A DNA stretch of 39,558 nt from Eubacterium sp. (GTDB lineage: Bacteria > Bacillota > Clostridia > Lachnospirales > Lachnospiraceae), in contig JAILAS010000147.1 in the NCBI GenBank assembly GCA_024681495.1, positions 1 through 39,558 of the forward strand, in the 5' to 3' direction. Below, one piece after another: positions 1 through 8,764 of the stretch (the stretch's first letter is position 1; every line of letters begins with the position of its first letter). Below the pieces are notes generated by a model. The model was given only the letters and a program-made list of their open reading frames with translations, had not been told where the DNA came from and ran no database searches. The translations under genes and the position numbers were made by a program.

Positions 1-191
1 CATGAAAGCTGAATGCCTTCCTTGCCCTCAATATTAACTACACACATCTTGCACTCACCACGGCTCTCAAGATCCGGATGTGAGCACAAATGGGGGATGT
101 AAACCCCAGCCGCAAGAGAAGCCTGAAGTACGCTGGTACCCTCTTCGGCCTCAATCTTAACTCCGTCAACGAAAAATTCTACTTTCGCCAC
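1..191 (-). CDS. N-terminal ~63 codons of a 2Fe-2S ferredoxin-fold protein (NuoG / [FeFe]-hydrogenase / formate dehydrogenase alpha type); the gene runs off the left edge
   Basis: Absent from the ORF track because it is truncated. The reverse complement reads GGAGGA-N4-GTG, then VAKVEFFVDGVKIEAEEGTSVLQASLAAGVYIPHLCSHPDLESRGECKMCVVNIEGKEG. The C-x10-C-x2-C spacing and the F-vDG...G-tvLqA opening are typical of the N-terminal 2Fe-2S domain of NuoG-like proteins. Confidence 0.6.
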   Translation of the reverse strand, partial: MAKVEFFVDGVKIEAEEGTSVLQASLAAGVYIPHLCSHPDLESRGECKMCVVNIEGKEGIQLS

Positions 192-347
192 AATGTCCTC
201 CTTCTACGGCTACAAGCCGCATGCAACAAATAATGCCGCCATAATTTTGAATCGAAAACGCAAGCGCGTATTTCAATGCATATACATAGATAATATCAGA
301 TAACTGCCGCCCCTTCAAGAGAAAAGACGAGCGTTATTTATCGTTAA

Positions 348-851
348 TTACTGAAGATTTCCAACGTTATTAGCCTGAGCATTCACACCGCCAACATTGT
401 GCTCCACCATGGAAAGCATGTTGCCGACTTTATGGACACCCTTCATGATAGCCACGGAGAGCTCCTCGTTTTTGGGAAGCCAGGGATTACCGGAATCATA
501 CATCTCATTGTACGCCTTAATCATGGAGCCAAGCACCATGTAGGCCACGTTGTTATGGAAGTCGTTCTCGCCCTTCGCATCTTTCCAGAGCTCAGATACC
601 TTTCCAACCACGTGCTGAGGATTCATCTCGGTATCGTAAATGATGTCGTCGGAGAACTCCTCGAGCTTTCTCTTGAGAGCCCCCATCTCATCGTCGAGAT
701 TAGCGGGCGCCTCATCAAACTCCGCAACCTTCTTGGATGTACCGCTCTTGTTGCAATGAAGATAGACTGTAGTCTTATCTCCCTCAGCCACAACAAACAT
801 CCAATCCCTATCAATACTGTACTCAGTAACTGTTTTGGTCGTCTTATTCAT
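348..851 (-). CDS. hypothetical protein, 167 aa, no family recognised
   Basis: Clean ATG ORF (MNKTTKTVTEYSIDRDW...), co-directional with its neighbours, with coding-like composition. Only a weak purine-rich stretch (GGATAAGG) precedes the ATG. I can name no motif. Confidence 0.5.
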   Translation of the reverse strand: MNKTTKTVTEYSIDRDWMFVVAEGDKTTVYLHCNKSGTSKKVAEFDEAPANLDDEMGALKRKLEEFSDDIIYDTEMNPQHVVGKVSELWKDAKGENDFHNNVAYMVLGSMIKAYNEMYDSGNPWLPKNEELSVAIMKGVHKVGNMLSMVEHNVGGVNAQANNVGNLQ

Positions 852-938
852 AATTCTATTACCTTATCCAAATTCGCCCGCCGGGACTTCTTGCCAAATC
901 CCCACGCGCAATTTTTATAATCTATTTCAAAATACCGT

Positions 939-987
939 AAAAAACATGCGTAAGGGGTAGACAGTTAAACTATCTACCCCGCTACGC
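939..987 (-). terminator. strong rho-independent terminator
   Basis: Minus-strand RNA reads GCGUAGCGGGGUAGAUAG-UUUAA-CUGUCUACCCCUUACGC, followed by AUGUUUUUU. The stem is about 17 bp with one bulged C and a G-U pair. It lies 150 nt downstream of the FAD oxidoreductase stop. Confidence 0.8.
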
Positions 988-1133
988 AGTACCCGAAACG
1001 CACCCGTTTCGGAATCCCCCTTACACTGCATCCAAAAAGGATGAAGCTTTCGGACATGATGTCCGTCCCAATTTCGTCCTCTAAACCCCCATTTAAAGGA
1101 CAAATACAAACTCTCTAAAATTTATAACCGCTC

Positions 1134-2720
1134 TTAGTCCTCAGGATCGATGAACTTGTCAGAATCCATGTACTTAACAGACTCCATAGCCGCAATACGT
1201 CCGGAGTTGATAGCGTAGGACATGGTCGAACCGGGATTGAAGAAGCAGTAAGAATCGGAGAATACAGTAGCCGTATCGTTACCGCAAGCGTAAAGGCCGG
1301 GTACGGGCTCCATATCGTCGGAAAGTACTTCCATGTTCTCGGAAACCTCGAGTCCACCGAGTGAACCGTAACCGCCGGGCATGTGGCGAGCCACATAGTA
1401 GGGGCCCTGGTTGATAGCCTTAAGGAATCTGTGATCCTTGGTGAACTGCCAATCGTATCCGCGAATTCCAAGAGGATGCTCCTCGCTTACGTTACACATC
1501 TCATTGTACTCAGCGATGGTCTTCTCAAGGTTCTCCTGATCGATGCCGGTCTCCTTGCAGAGCTCGTCGATAGTCTCGAACTTCCAGAAGTTGGTCTGGC
1601 CGGAATCCTGATCGTCCTTACCGTCATGAAGCATGGAAAGACCGGAAGCCTCGATACCCTTGTGGTTAAGGTATGCATCAAGCTCCTCATCCCACTTATC
1701 CATGTGAGTGATACCATGGTGATAAGTGATGTAGTCAAGGCCGTGCTCCTTATAGTAGTCCACAATCTCCTCGGTAACAATGGTGAAGCCCATGTGACCC
1801 TTCTGAAGAAGGAGTGAGTTACCGGTGTATGTGGTGTTATCCATAACTTCCTCGTTGAGGAATCTCTTACCGTGAAGGTTAACCATGAGGTTCGGCTGAC
1901 GTCCAAGCTCGGAAAGAGTCTTGAAGATATCGGTAGTACCGGGAGTGTTGTAAGTAACCTCCATGTTTACCTTAGCCTTGCGAGCGCCGATCTTCCAAGC
2001 CATGTTGAGACCGTCACCGTCAATACCGGGGATACGGAATGTGAACATATCTACGCCCCACTTCCATCCCATGTACTGCTCGATCATATCTACATTATTA
2101 CCGATACCACCGGTAGCAACGATTACACAGTTGCAAAGGCACTCAATCTCCTCGCCGTTCTCGTCAACTGCGATAACGCCGCGAACCTGACCCTTGGAAC
2201 CCGTAAGAATCTCCTTAACGGGAGTGTTGAACTTAATCTCAGCACCGATCTCCAGAGCATACTCGGTAAGTCTCTTATTCATGAAGGAAGCAGAACGCTC
2301 TGAAGGCTTGTTAGAGCCGGGAGCCTTAACCATGTGCTGGGTAGCATGAGAATCCTTGAAGTACTTGAATACGCCGAGGAACTCAACGCCCTTCTCCTGA
2401 AGCCACTCAATGGTCTCAGAAGACTGATTGAACCATCTACGAACGAGCTTAGCGTCCGAACGCCAGTGAACGTAGTTCATGAAGAAATTGAAAGCATCAT
2501 CCTTCGTGAAATCGTTATACATCTGCTCCTTCTGAAGCTGGGACTCAAAGGCAAGAAGTGCCATACCCATATTAGCTGCACCACCAGAGGTGTTTGATTT
2601 CTCGAAGGCAATTGCCTTTCCGCCGCCAGTTGCATTCAGACTCTCCTGAGCCTGCGTCAGAGCAGCAAGACCTGACATACCGCAGGCAACTACTACTACA
2701 TCTGCTTCCATCTTTTGCAT
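1134..2720 (-). CDS. FAD-dependent oxidoreductase, fumarate reductase / urocanate reductase flavoprotein-like (FAD_binding_2 type)
   Basis: N-terminal dinucleotide fold VVVVACGMSGLAALTQA, and the C-terminal GLYACGND motif typical of this family. The start was moved to the ATG at 2720 (MQKMEADVVVV), which sits 7 nt after GGAGGA. The ORF-track start at 2741 has no RBS. Confidence 0.85.
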   Translation of the reverse strand: MQKMEADVVVVACGMSGLAALTQAQESLNATGGGKAIAFEKSNTSGGAANMGMALLAFESQLQKEQMYNDFTKDDAFNFFMNYVHWRSDAKLVRRWFNQSSETIEWLQEKGVEFLGVFKYFKDSHATQHMVKAPGSNKPSERSASFMNKRLTEYALEIGAEIKFNTPVKEILTGSKGQVRGVIAVDENGEEIECLCNCVIVATGGIGNNVDMIEQYMGWKWGVDMFTFRIPGIDGDGLNMAWKIGARKAKVNMEVTYNTPGTTDIFKTLSELGRQPNLMVNLHGKRFLNEEVMDNTTYTGNSLLLQKGHMGFTIVTEEIVDYYKEHGLDYITYHHGITHMDKWDEELDAYLNHKGIEASGLSMLHDGKDDQDSGQTNFWKFETIDELCKETGIDQENLEKTIAEYNEMCNVSEEHPLGIRGYDWQFTKDHRFLKAINQGPYYVARHMPGGYGSLGGLEVSENMEVLSDDMEPVPGLYACGNDTATVFSDSYCFFNPGSTMSYAINSGRIAAMESVKYMDSDKFIDPED

Positions 2721-2784
2721 TTGTAAATCCTCCTGTAACATAATCGTAACAAATAGTGTGTGATTGTTAAAATATCACTCAACC

Positions 2785-2813
2785 ATTATAATATTTTAAA
2801 AATTATATAGCAA
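2785..2813 (-). promoter_or_regulatory. sigma-70-type promoter for the FAD oxidoreductase gene
   Basis: The minus strand reads TTGCTA-N17-TATAAT in an AT-rich intergenic region about 60 nt upstream of the start codon. Confidence 0.5.
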
Positions 2814-2867
2814 CATTTTTTTCTTTTTTTTTCAATATTTAGTGTCTTTAGGGCATTTTGCACAAAA

Positions 2868-3827
2868 TCACCCCCTAATACTCACGAGATACTTTGTTAA
2901 TTCTTTGAAATCTTTGGGTAAAATTGCCTCAAAACTTCTGCCGGACAAGTACGAAAATTCTCCCTGCATTCTTGGAAAGCTTATTTTATAGGCGTGAAGG
3001 GCCTGTCTTTTTATGGGAGGAAGCCTCTTTCCGCCGTATTTATTATCCCCCACAAGCGGGTGTCCGATCGACGAAAGATGCGCCCTAATCTGATGACTCT
3101 TTCCGGTCACCAGCTCCACCTCCATAAGCGTATAGTCACCCCAGGTCTCAATCGGCCGGTAAACCGTCTCTATATAAGAACCGCCCTGCGCCTCCTTCGG
3201 GCTCACGCTCACCCGGTTGGTCCTCTCGTCCTTGACAAGATACCCCCTGAGTCGCCCTTCGGCCGACAATACGCCGGAAACCACGCACTTGTAATACTTT
3301 CCGGCAGTCCGCTCCCTCATCATCTCCGACAGCGCCTTCAGCGCATCGTGGGTCTTTCCGCAAAGGACAATGCCCGAGGTGTTGCGGTCAAGCCGGTTTA
3401 CTATGGACGGCGCAAAGATTTCAAGAGACTCGTCGTTCACCTCGCCGGTCCGTCTGAGGTGTGCGATGAGCTGATCGTTAACGGAGTAAGCGCCGCTCCT
3501 GTCCCGCTGCGAGAGAACCCCCGCCGGCTTGTTTATGATTACGATATTATCGTCCTCGTAAACGATCTCGGGCTCGGGCACATTGACGGCCGGGGCCGTC
3601 TTTGACTCGCTCCCGAACTTTTCAACGGTCTCATCGGACAGATAGATGTTGATCACATCCCCCTCGTTCAAGACCAGATCGCCGGCCGCTTTGGAGCCGT
3701 TTACCTTTATGTTCTTCTTGCGCAGCATCTTATAAATGAAGCCGGAAGGGGCCTTGGACAGGTACCTCTTAAGCAGTCTGTCGAGCCTCGTTCCGGCCTG
3801 TGTTTTCGTTATCTTAATCTCTTTCAA
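2868..3827 (-). CDS. rluD: RluA-family 23S rRNA pseudouridine synthase with N-terminal S4 domain (RluD/YlyB-like)
   Basis: Motifs VNRLDRNTSGIVL and HQIRAHL, with an S4-like N-terminus (RLDRLLKRYL). The start codon at 3827 is TTG, preceded by AAGGA-N7. Confidence 0.85.
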   Translation of the reverse strand: MKEIKITKTQAGTRLDRLLKRYLSKAPSGFIYKMLRKKNIKVNGSKAAGDLVLNEGDVINIYLSDETVEKFGSESKTAPAVNVPEPEIVYEDDNIVIINKPAGVLSQRDRSGAYSVNDQLIAHLRRTGEVNDESLEIFAPSIVNRLDRNTSGIVLCGKTHDALKALSEMMRERTAGKYYKCVVSGVLSAEGRLRGYLVKDERTNRVSVSPKEAQGGSYIETVYRPIETWGDYTLMEVELVTGKSHQIRAHLSSIGHPLVGDNKYGGKRLPPIKRQALHAYKISFPRMQGEFSYLSGRSFEAILPKDFKELTKYLVSIRG

Positions 3828-3840
3828 AGAATCATCCTTC

Positions 3841-3870
3841 CAAAAGAAAAACCCCCGTTAAAACGGGGGT
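3841..3870 (-). terminator. rho-independent terminator after the coaD / coiled-coil gene string
   Basis: Minus-strand RNA reads ACCCCCG-UUUUAA-CGGGGGU, followed by UUUUCUUUUG. Confidence 0.7.
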
Positions 3871-3929
3871 GTAATAATCTCTCTCGAGGGTAAACCCCGA
3901 ATCTGTCGAGCGCCGGTGTGCCGGGTGAA

Positions 3930-4574
3930 CTACATGGTGGTAATCTCTCCCACGCCTCCCTGGGCTGCCACATCGGCGGCCGGCTCGGCCGCGGGCGATG
4001 CCTCTACAGGCGAATCTGCAGCCTCTGCCGCGTAGTCCTGCGGTGAAATCTCGATTCTGTTTGCCGTAACCACATCGAGGTAGCCCTGAAGCGAGGTGAT
4101 AAGCGACTCCTCCTTCTTACGGGTGGTATCGATGGAGCTGGCAAGCAGCGCCTCTATGCTCTTAAGCAGGTTATCCGTGTACTCGACTGCGCTCTGCTTA
4201 TAGACGTTTGCCTCCATGGTGGCCTTGTCGAGTATCTCCTGCGCCTGATTCGTGGCGAGGACGACTATCTCATTGGCCTGGGCATATGCCTGCTGCATAA
4301 TCTGATGCTCGTTGATAAGCTCATTGGTCTGAGCCTTCGCATCGGAAAGCATCTTATCCGCCTTAGTCCTGGCATCGTTTAAAATCGCGTCGCGATTGTT
4401 GATTATCTTCTGGTATTTCCTTATTTCTTCGGGAGTTTTTGACTTAAGCTCATCGAGCAAAGCCTCGATTTCGTCGCGGTTAACGACAATGTTGGTACTG
4501 GAAAATCTGGTATTCTTACAGTCGGCGATGTAATCTTCCATCTCCGCAATAATATTTTCAATAGTACTGCTCAT
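3930..4574 (-). CDS. coiled-coil protein of unknown function (resembles ATPase stalk subunit / V-ATPase G/H-like helical proteins)
   Basis: Long heptad-like helical sequence rich in A/E/K/Q, with an Ala/Pro/Glu-rich tail. The start was set to the ATG at 4574 (MSSTIENII), 8 nt after AAGGAG. The track start at 4580 is GTG. Confidence 0.55.
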   Translation of the reverse strand: MSSTIENIIAEMEDYIADCKNTRFSSTNIVVNRDEIEALLDELKSKTPEEIRKYQKIINNRDAILNDARTKADKMLSDAKAQTNELINEHQIMQQAYAQANEIVVLATNQAQEILDKATMEANVYKQSAVEYTDNLLKSIEALLASSIDTTRKKEESLITSLQGYLDVVTANRIEISPQDYAAEAADSPVEASPAAEPAADVAAQGGVGEITTM

Positions 4575-4586
4575 GCTCACTGCTCC

Positions 4587-5081
4587 TTATTTAGATTCGT
4601 AAATCTCTCTCATTTTGCGCGCTACTCTGTCAGATACAACCTCGGGGACAAATCCTCTGACGTCTCCCCCGAAAATTCCCGTCTCTCTAACCGCAGAAGA
4701 ACTCAGGAACGAATATGCGGCATTGGTACACAGGAAAATGGTCTCCACCTGAGGATTAAGTGCGGAATTGGTCTGTGCAGACTGAAGCTCAAACTCAAAA
4801 TCCGAAATCATCCTGAGACCGCGAACGATGATTTTAGCGTCTTTTTCAGCCGCAAAATCAACCAAAAGTCCGTCGAAAGTGTCAACCGACACGTTGTCAT
4901 AACTCTCGACCACATCTTTTAACATACTAACACGTTCATCCAAAGAAAACAACGGATTTTTTGCCTTGTTATTGCCCACCGCAATGATGAGTTCATCGCA
5001 CATACCGGCGGCTCTTCGTATAATATCTTCATGTCCCAAAGTTACCGGATCGAAGCTCCCCGGATAGATTGCTCTTTTCAT
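4587..5081 (-). CDS. coaD: phosphopantetheine adenylyltransferase
   Basis: YPGSFDPVTLGHEDII nucleotidyltransferase motif, ~160 aa, directly downstream of rsmD as in many Firmicutes. Confidence 0.95.
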   Translation of the reverse strand: MKRAIYPGSFDPVTLGHEDIIRRAAGMCDELIIAVGNNKAKNPLFSLDERVSMLKDVVESYDNVSVDTFDGLLVDFAAEKDAKIIVRGLRMISDFEFELQSAQTNSALNPQVETIFLCTNAAYSFLSSSAVRETGIFGGDVRGFVPEVVSDRVARKMREIYESK

Positions 5082-5632
5082 TTTTTTATCTCCATAAACA
5101 CATGTTTGCTGGTCTTATATGTCTTTTCCCTAACGACCTCGAGCCCGGTATCTTCGACGAACGAAAAGTCCGTGTCGAGGGCGGCCTCCATGATGAACGT
5201 CCCGTCCTCAGCCAGAAGCCCACTGCTATCCACCAGATCTACGAGCGTCTTCTCTACTCCGTCCGCATATGGCGGATCGGCGAAAATCACGTCGTAAACC
5301 CCGGTCTTCTTAAGGGTGGTAAAGGCCGAAACATAGTCCTTCTTAAGAACCAGCGACCGCTCGGTAAACCCCGTGAAATCGAGGTTTTCCTCGACGCAGC
5401 GGATAGCCGCACCATCGTTGTCGACGAAGGCGGCGAACTCCGCGCCCCTGCTAAGCGCCTCGATGCCGATGGCTCCGCTCCCGGCGAACAGATCCAGGAA
5501 CCTGGCCCCGGGCATATCGTAGTGCAATATGTTGAAAAGGGTTTCCTTTATCTTATCCCCGGTAGGCCTGGTATGTCGTCCGGCCGGCGCCTTTAGGGGA
5601 AGGTGCCTCGCCGTTCCCGCAATAACTCTCAT
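5078..5632 (-). CDS. rsmD: 16S rRNA (guanine966-N2)-methyltransferase
   Basis: DLFAGSGAIGIEALSRGA SAM motif and FADPPY motif. There is a 4-nt overlap with coaD. Confidence 0.9.
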   Translation of the reverse strand: MRVIAGTARHLPLKAPAGRHTRPTGDKIKETLFNILHYDMPGARFLDLFAGSGAIGIEALSRGAEFAAFVDNDGAAIRCVEENLDFTGFTERSLVLKKDYVSAFTTLKKTGVYDVIFADPPYADGVEKTLVDLVDSSGLLAEDGTFIMEAALDTDFSFVEDTGLEVVREKTYKTSKHVFMEIKK

Positions 5633-5641
5633 AGCACTCCT

Positions 5642-6184
5642 TTAGGTCTGGTCCTTAAGGACCTCCCTGTTCTTATATACGTAGTCAATCAGCGACACTA
5701 TGGTAAGGATGACAGCGATGTACATCACGACGAGCGTGAGAATCCTGTACCATCCGAAATCCAGATTTACAAGGATGAGAATGACCATCAGCATCTGGAA
5801 GGTCGTCTTAAACTTACCCCAGTAGCTGGCGGCTATAACAATCCCGTTCTCCGCGGCCACGAGCCTGAATCCGCTTATGAAGAACTCCCTGCATATGATG
5901 ACAATGAGTATCCAGGAGGGAAGCTCCCCGAGGCCCACCATGCAAACCATGGCGGAGCAGACCAGGACCTTGTCGGCCAGAGGGTCCATGAACTTTCCGA
6001 AATTGGTGACCAGATTGTACTTTCGTGCGATCTTTCCGTCGAGAAGATCAGTCAGAGACGCCACGATGAATATTCCCAGCGCGATATATCTTCCGTATTC
6101 CGGAAAGTACGGCGAAATATAAAAGAAAACAAAAAACGGTATCAGCAAGACCCTGAAAGTCGTTAATTTATTGGGCAAATTCAT
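5642..6184 (-). CDS. pgsA: CDP-diacylglycerol--glycerol-3-phosphate 3-phosphatidyltransferase
   Basis: CDP-alcohol phosphatidyltransferase motif DLLDGKIARKYNLVTNFGKFMDPLADK. The N-terminus NLPNKLTTFR is typical of PgsA. Confidence 0.9.
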   Translation of the reverse strand: MNLPNKLTTFRVLLIPFFVFFYISPYFPEYGRYIALGIFIVASLTDLLDGKIARKYNLVTNFGKFMDPLADKVLVCSAMVCMVGLGELPSWILIVIICREFFISGFRLVAAENGIVIAASYWGKFKTTFQMLMVILILVNLDFGWYRILTLVVMYIAVILTIVSLIDYVYKNREVLKDQT

Positions 6185-7502
6185 TTTCTACTCCTTCGAG
6201 ATCGTATTCCGAGGCGCCGGTGACCCTTACTGCCACCACGTCTCCGCTCATAAGATCCCTGTCACTCTTAAAAAACATATATCCGTCCACGTCGGGCGCG
6301 TCCCTGTAGGTCCTGCCGACGTACACTCCATCGTCGGGAATCCTGCCCTCCACCACTGTGTCGAGGACTCTTCCGACCAGGCCGTCATTTATCCCGGCAG
6401 ATATATCCCGCTGCGCGAGCAGGATTTCGTCCTTCCGCTCGAAGGCGACATCCTCATCGACCTGATCCCCAAAAGAGGCAGCAGGCGTGCCTTCCTGCGG
6501 GCTGTAGGTGAAAACTCCGAGCCTGTCGAAACCGGTGGTCTTAACGAAATCGACCAGGCGCTCGTGAGCCTCCTGCGTCTCGCCCGGAAACCCGCTAATC
6601 AGCGTGGTTCTGAGGCAGATATCGGGAACCGCATCTCTCAGGCGCTTAATCAGGCCCTTAATGGAAGCCCCGTCCGTGCGTCTGCCCATCCGGCGAAGGA
6701 TATCGTCGTCAATGTGCTGGATGGGAATATCCAGGTAATGACAGACCTTTTCATTGCTTTTAATCACATCGATAAGCTCGTCTGTAATCTCCTCCGGATA
6801 GCAGTACAGAAGCCTTATTCTCTTTACACCCTCGACCGCGGAAATCTTTCCGATAAGCTCGGGAAGCGACTTCCTGCCATACAGATCGACTCCGTAAACC
6901 GTGGTCTCCTGCGCCACGAGGATAATCTCCTCGGCGCCGTTATCGCAAAGATACCTCGTCTCCTCGAGCAGATCCTCCATGGGGACACTGCGATAAGACC
7001 CTCTCATCGAGGGAATGGCGCAGTAGGTGCAGTGCTTATCGCACCCTTCGGCAATCTTCAGATAGCTGTAATGGAAAGGCGGCGTCATGAATCTCGACGT
7101 GCCGGCGTCCGGAATAAAGTCCAACGGTGCCGCATCCACCGTAACCCGGGACTCCAGCGCGTTCTTAACCGCCGATGCGATCTTATCGTATGAATTGGTG
7201 CCGAGCACTCCGTCCACCTCGGGAATCTCCTCGCGGATATCCTCCAAATATCTCTGAGCGAGACATCCCGTGACGATGAGCGCCTTAAGCTGCCCGGACT
7301 GCTTGAGGTCGGCCATCTCCAATATGGCATTGACACTCTCGTCCTGGGCATCCAATATAAAGCTGCAGGTATTAACCACAGCTATCTCGGTTTCCTCCGG
7401 ATCGTCCGTCAGCTCATAGCCCTCGCGGGTGAGAATGGACAGCATCTTCTCGGAATCCACCCTGTTTTTATCGCATCCTAAAGAGATAAAAAATATTTTC
7501 AT
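6168..7502 (-). CDS. rimO: ribosomal protein S12 methylthiotransferase
   Basis: MKIFFISLGCDKN N-terminus, radical-SAM CDKHCTYCAIP motif and a TRAM-like C-terminus. The start was set to the ATG at 7502. The 36-codon Arg/Pro-rich extension in the ORF track would overlap rpoZ. Confidence 0.9.
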   Translation of the reverse strand: MKIFFISLGCDKNRVDSEKMLSILTREGYELTDDPEETEIAVVNTCSFILDAQDESVNAILEMADLKQSGQLKALIVTGCLAQRYLEDIREEIPEVDGVLGTNSYDKIASAVKNALESRVTVDAAPLDFIPDAGTSRFMTPPFHYSYLKIAEGCDKHCTYCAIPSMRGSYRSVPMEDLLEETRYLCDNGAEEIILVAQETTVYGVDLYGRKSLPELIGKISAVEGVKRIRLLYCYPEEITDELIDVIKSNEKVCHYLDIPIQHIDDDILRRMGRRTDGASIKGLIKRLRDAVPDICLRTTLISGFPGETQEAHERLVDFVKTTGFDRLGVFTYSPQEGTPAASFGDQVDEDVAFERKDEILLAQRDISAGINDGLVGRVLDTVVEGRIPDDGVYVGRTYRDAPDVDGYMFFKSDRDLMSGDVVAVRVTGASEYDLEGVENEFAQ

Positions 7503-7521
7503 GGGGAACAGTCGTAAACCT

Positions 7522-7839
7522 CTATGCCTCCTCGGCGGTCTCCTCCGATGCTTCTTCCTCGACGTCTGTACCCTCGAGAGACTCCTTGGTCCAGGGCTCG
7601 AGAACCTCATCGTCGGAAGCGAGGATGTTTACCTTGCCCTCATAGAGCTCCTCAACTGCCACCGAGAACGGCTTATCGCAGTCCGCCTCGGCGAGCGTGT
7701 CCTTGCCGTCGATAATCTGGCGCGCCCTCTTGGCGGTCGCCATTACGATGGAATACCTGCTGTTAACAACGGGCTCCTCACCGGGCTCAACGCCCTCGTT
7801 AACCACTTCCATAAGATCTGAATAAGACGGATGTATCAT
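7522..7839 (-). CDS. rpoZ: DNA-directed RNA polymerase subunit omega, with an acidic C-terminal tail
   Basis: NSRYSIVMATAKRARQII core motif. Its position after gmk is conserved synteny. Confidence 0.85.
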   Translation of the reverse strand: MIHPSYSDLMEVVNEGVEPGEEPVVNSRYSIVMATAKRARQIIDGKDTLAEADCDKPFSVAVEELYEGKVNILASDDEVLEPWTKESLEGTDVEEEASEETAEEA

Positions 7840-7854
7840 TATTTGCTCCTCTCT

Positions 7855-8499
7855 TTAATCCGGCGTATCGCCGGTAGTAAACTCCTTGAGTTCTTTCTTA
7901 AACTGCTCTATCATGTCGCCGCACCTGTCCACTCGGCAGGACGCGCCGGTCGTAATCGTGTGAATGGCCTCAACGCAGCTCTCCACCTCGTCGTTGACCA
8001 CCATGTAGTCGTATCGGTCAATGTAGGCCGATTCCTCATAGGCCTTGGCGAGCCTGGAATTAACCACATCCTCCGGCTCCGTCTGCCTGCCCATGAGCCT
8101 CTTCTTAAGCTCGGCCGCATTGGGCGGAACCAGAAAAATCATCATGGTATCGGGGAATCGCTCCTTGACCTTAAGCGCACCCTGCACCTCGATCTCGAGG
8201 AAAACGTTTATTCCACGCGAAAGCTTCTCCTCGACGTAGTGCATGGGGGTGCCGTAGTAATTCCCAACATACTGGGCGTACTCCAAAAGCTCTCCCTTCG
8301 AAATCATCTCTTCGAATTCATCGCGGCTCTTGAAGAAGTAGGTCACGCCCTCCTCATCCTCGGGCCTGGGGTCTCTGGTCGTCGCCGAGATCGAGAGTGC
8401 ATATTCATCGGGATACTTCTCGAGAATGCGCTTCATAACCGTGCCCTTGCCGCTGCCGGAAAAACCGGACAATATGATAATCAAACCTCTGTCATTCAT
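7855..8499 (-). CDS. gmk: guanylate kinase
   Basis: P-loop SGFSGSGKGT and YYGTP motif. The start was set to the ATG at 8499, 9 nt after GGAGG. It overlaps the remA stop (ATGAATGA). Confidence 0.95.
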   Translation of the reverse strand: MNDRGLIIILSGFSGSGKGTVMKRILEKYPDEYALSISATTRDPRPEDEEGVTYFFKSRDEFEEMISKGELLEYAQYVGNYYGTPMHYVEEKLSRGINVFLEIEVQGALKVKERFPDTMMIFLVPPNAAELKKRLMGRQTEPEDVVNSRLAKAYEESAYIDRYDYMVVNDEVESCVEAIHTITTGASCRVDRCGDMIEQFKKELKEFTTGDTPD

Positions 8500-8752
8500 C
8501 TTCCAAACCTCCGGAAACACTGGAATCGAGTCGAAGCAGAAGCGTCTCGGGCGTCAATGCGGATGCGATGTACTTATCGCAGTCCGTAACGATAAGGCTC
8601 TTCGTGCGCCGCCCCGATGTGGCGTCCACGAGCAGCCCCTCTTCCCTCGTCTTCTGAAGCTGACGCTTGGCGGGGGCGGAGTCCGCGCTGACAATGGCCA
8701 CGACTTTCGAAGCGTTTATTAAATTACCAAATCCAACATTTATAAAAGACAT
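8492..8752 (-). CDS. remA: RemA/DUF370-family regulator
   Basis: INVGFGN...SAPAKR...DAT.GRRT pattern closely parallels B. subtilis RemA. It lies in the conserved yicC-remA-gmk-rpoZ order. Confidence 0.9.
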   Translation of the reverse strand: MSFINVGFGNLINASKVVAIVSADSAPAKRQLQKTREEGLLVDATSGRRTKSLIVTDCDKYIASALTPETLLLRLDSSVSGGLEDE

Positions 8753-8764
8753 ATCGGGATGTAC

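Noticed and set aside
988-1101. Two GGACGR elements (AGAGGACGAAAU and GGGACGGACAU) that recalled guanidine-II ACGR loops, and GGGACG…GAAAGC that recalled c-di-GMP-I.
   Set aside because: The ACGR sequences are not in hairpin loops, and the surrounding helices do not fit either consensus. The region is reported as an unclassified structured leader instead.
7503-7610. A 36-codon Arg/Pro-rich N-terminal extension of the rimO ORF (…RKKHRRRPPRRHRGLRL), overlapping the 3' end of rpoZ.
   Set aside because: RimO proteins start at the MKIFFISLGCDKN-type N-terminus, which is present at the ATG at 7502. The extension looks like out-of-frame rpoZ sequence rather than real protein.
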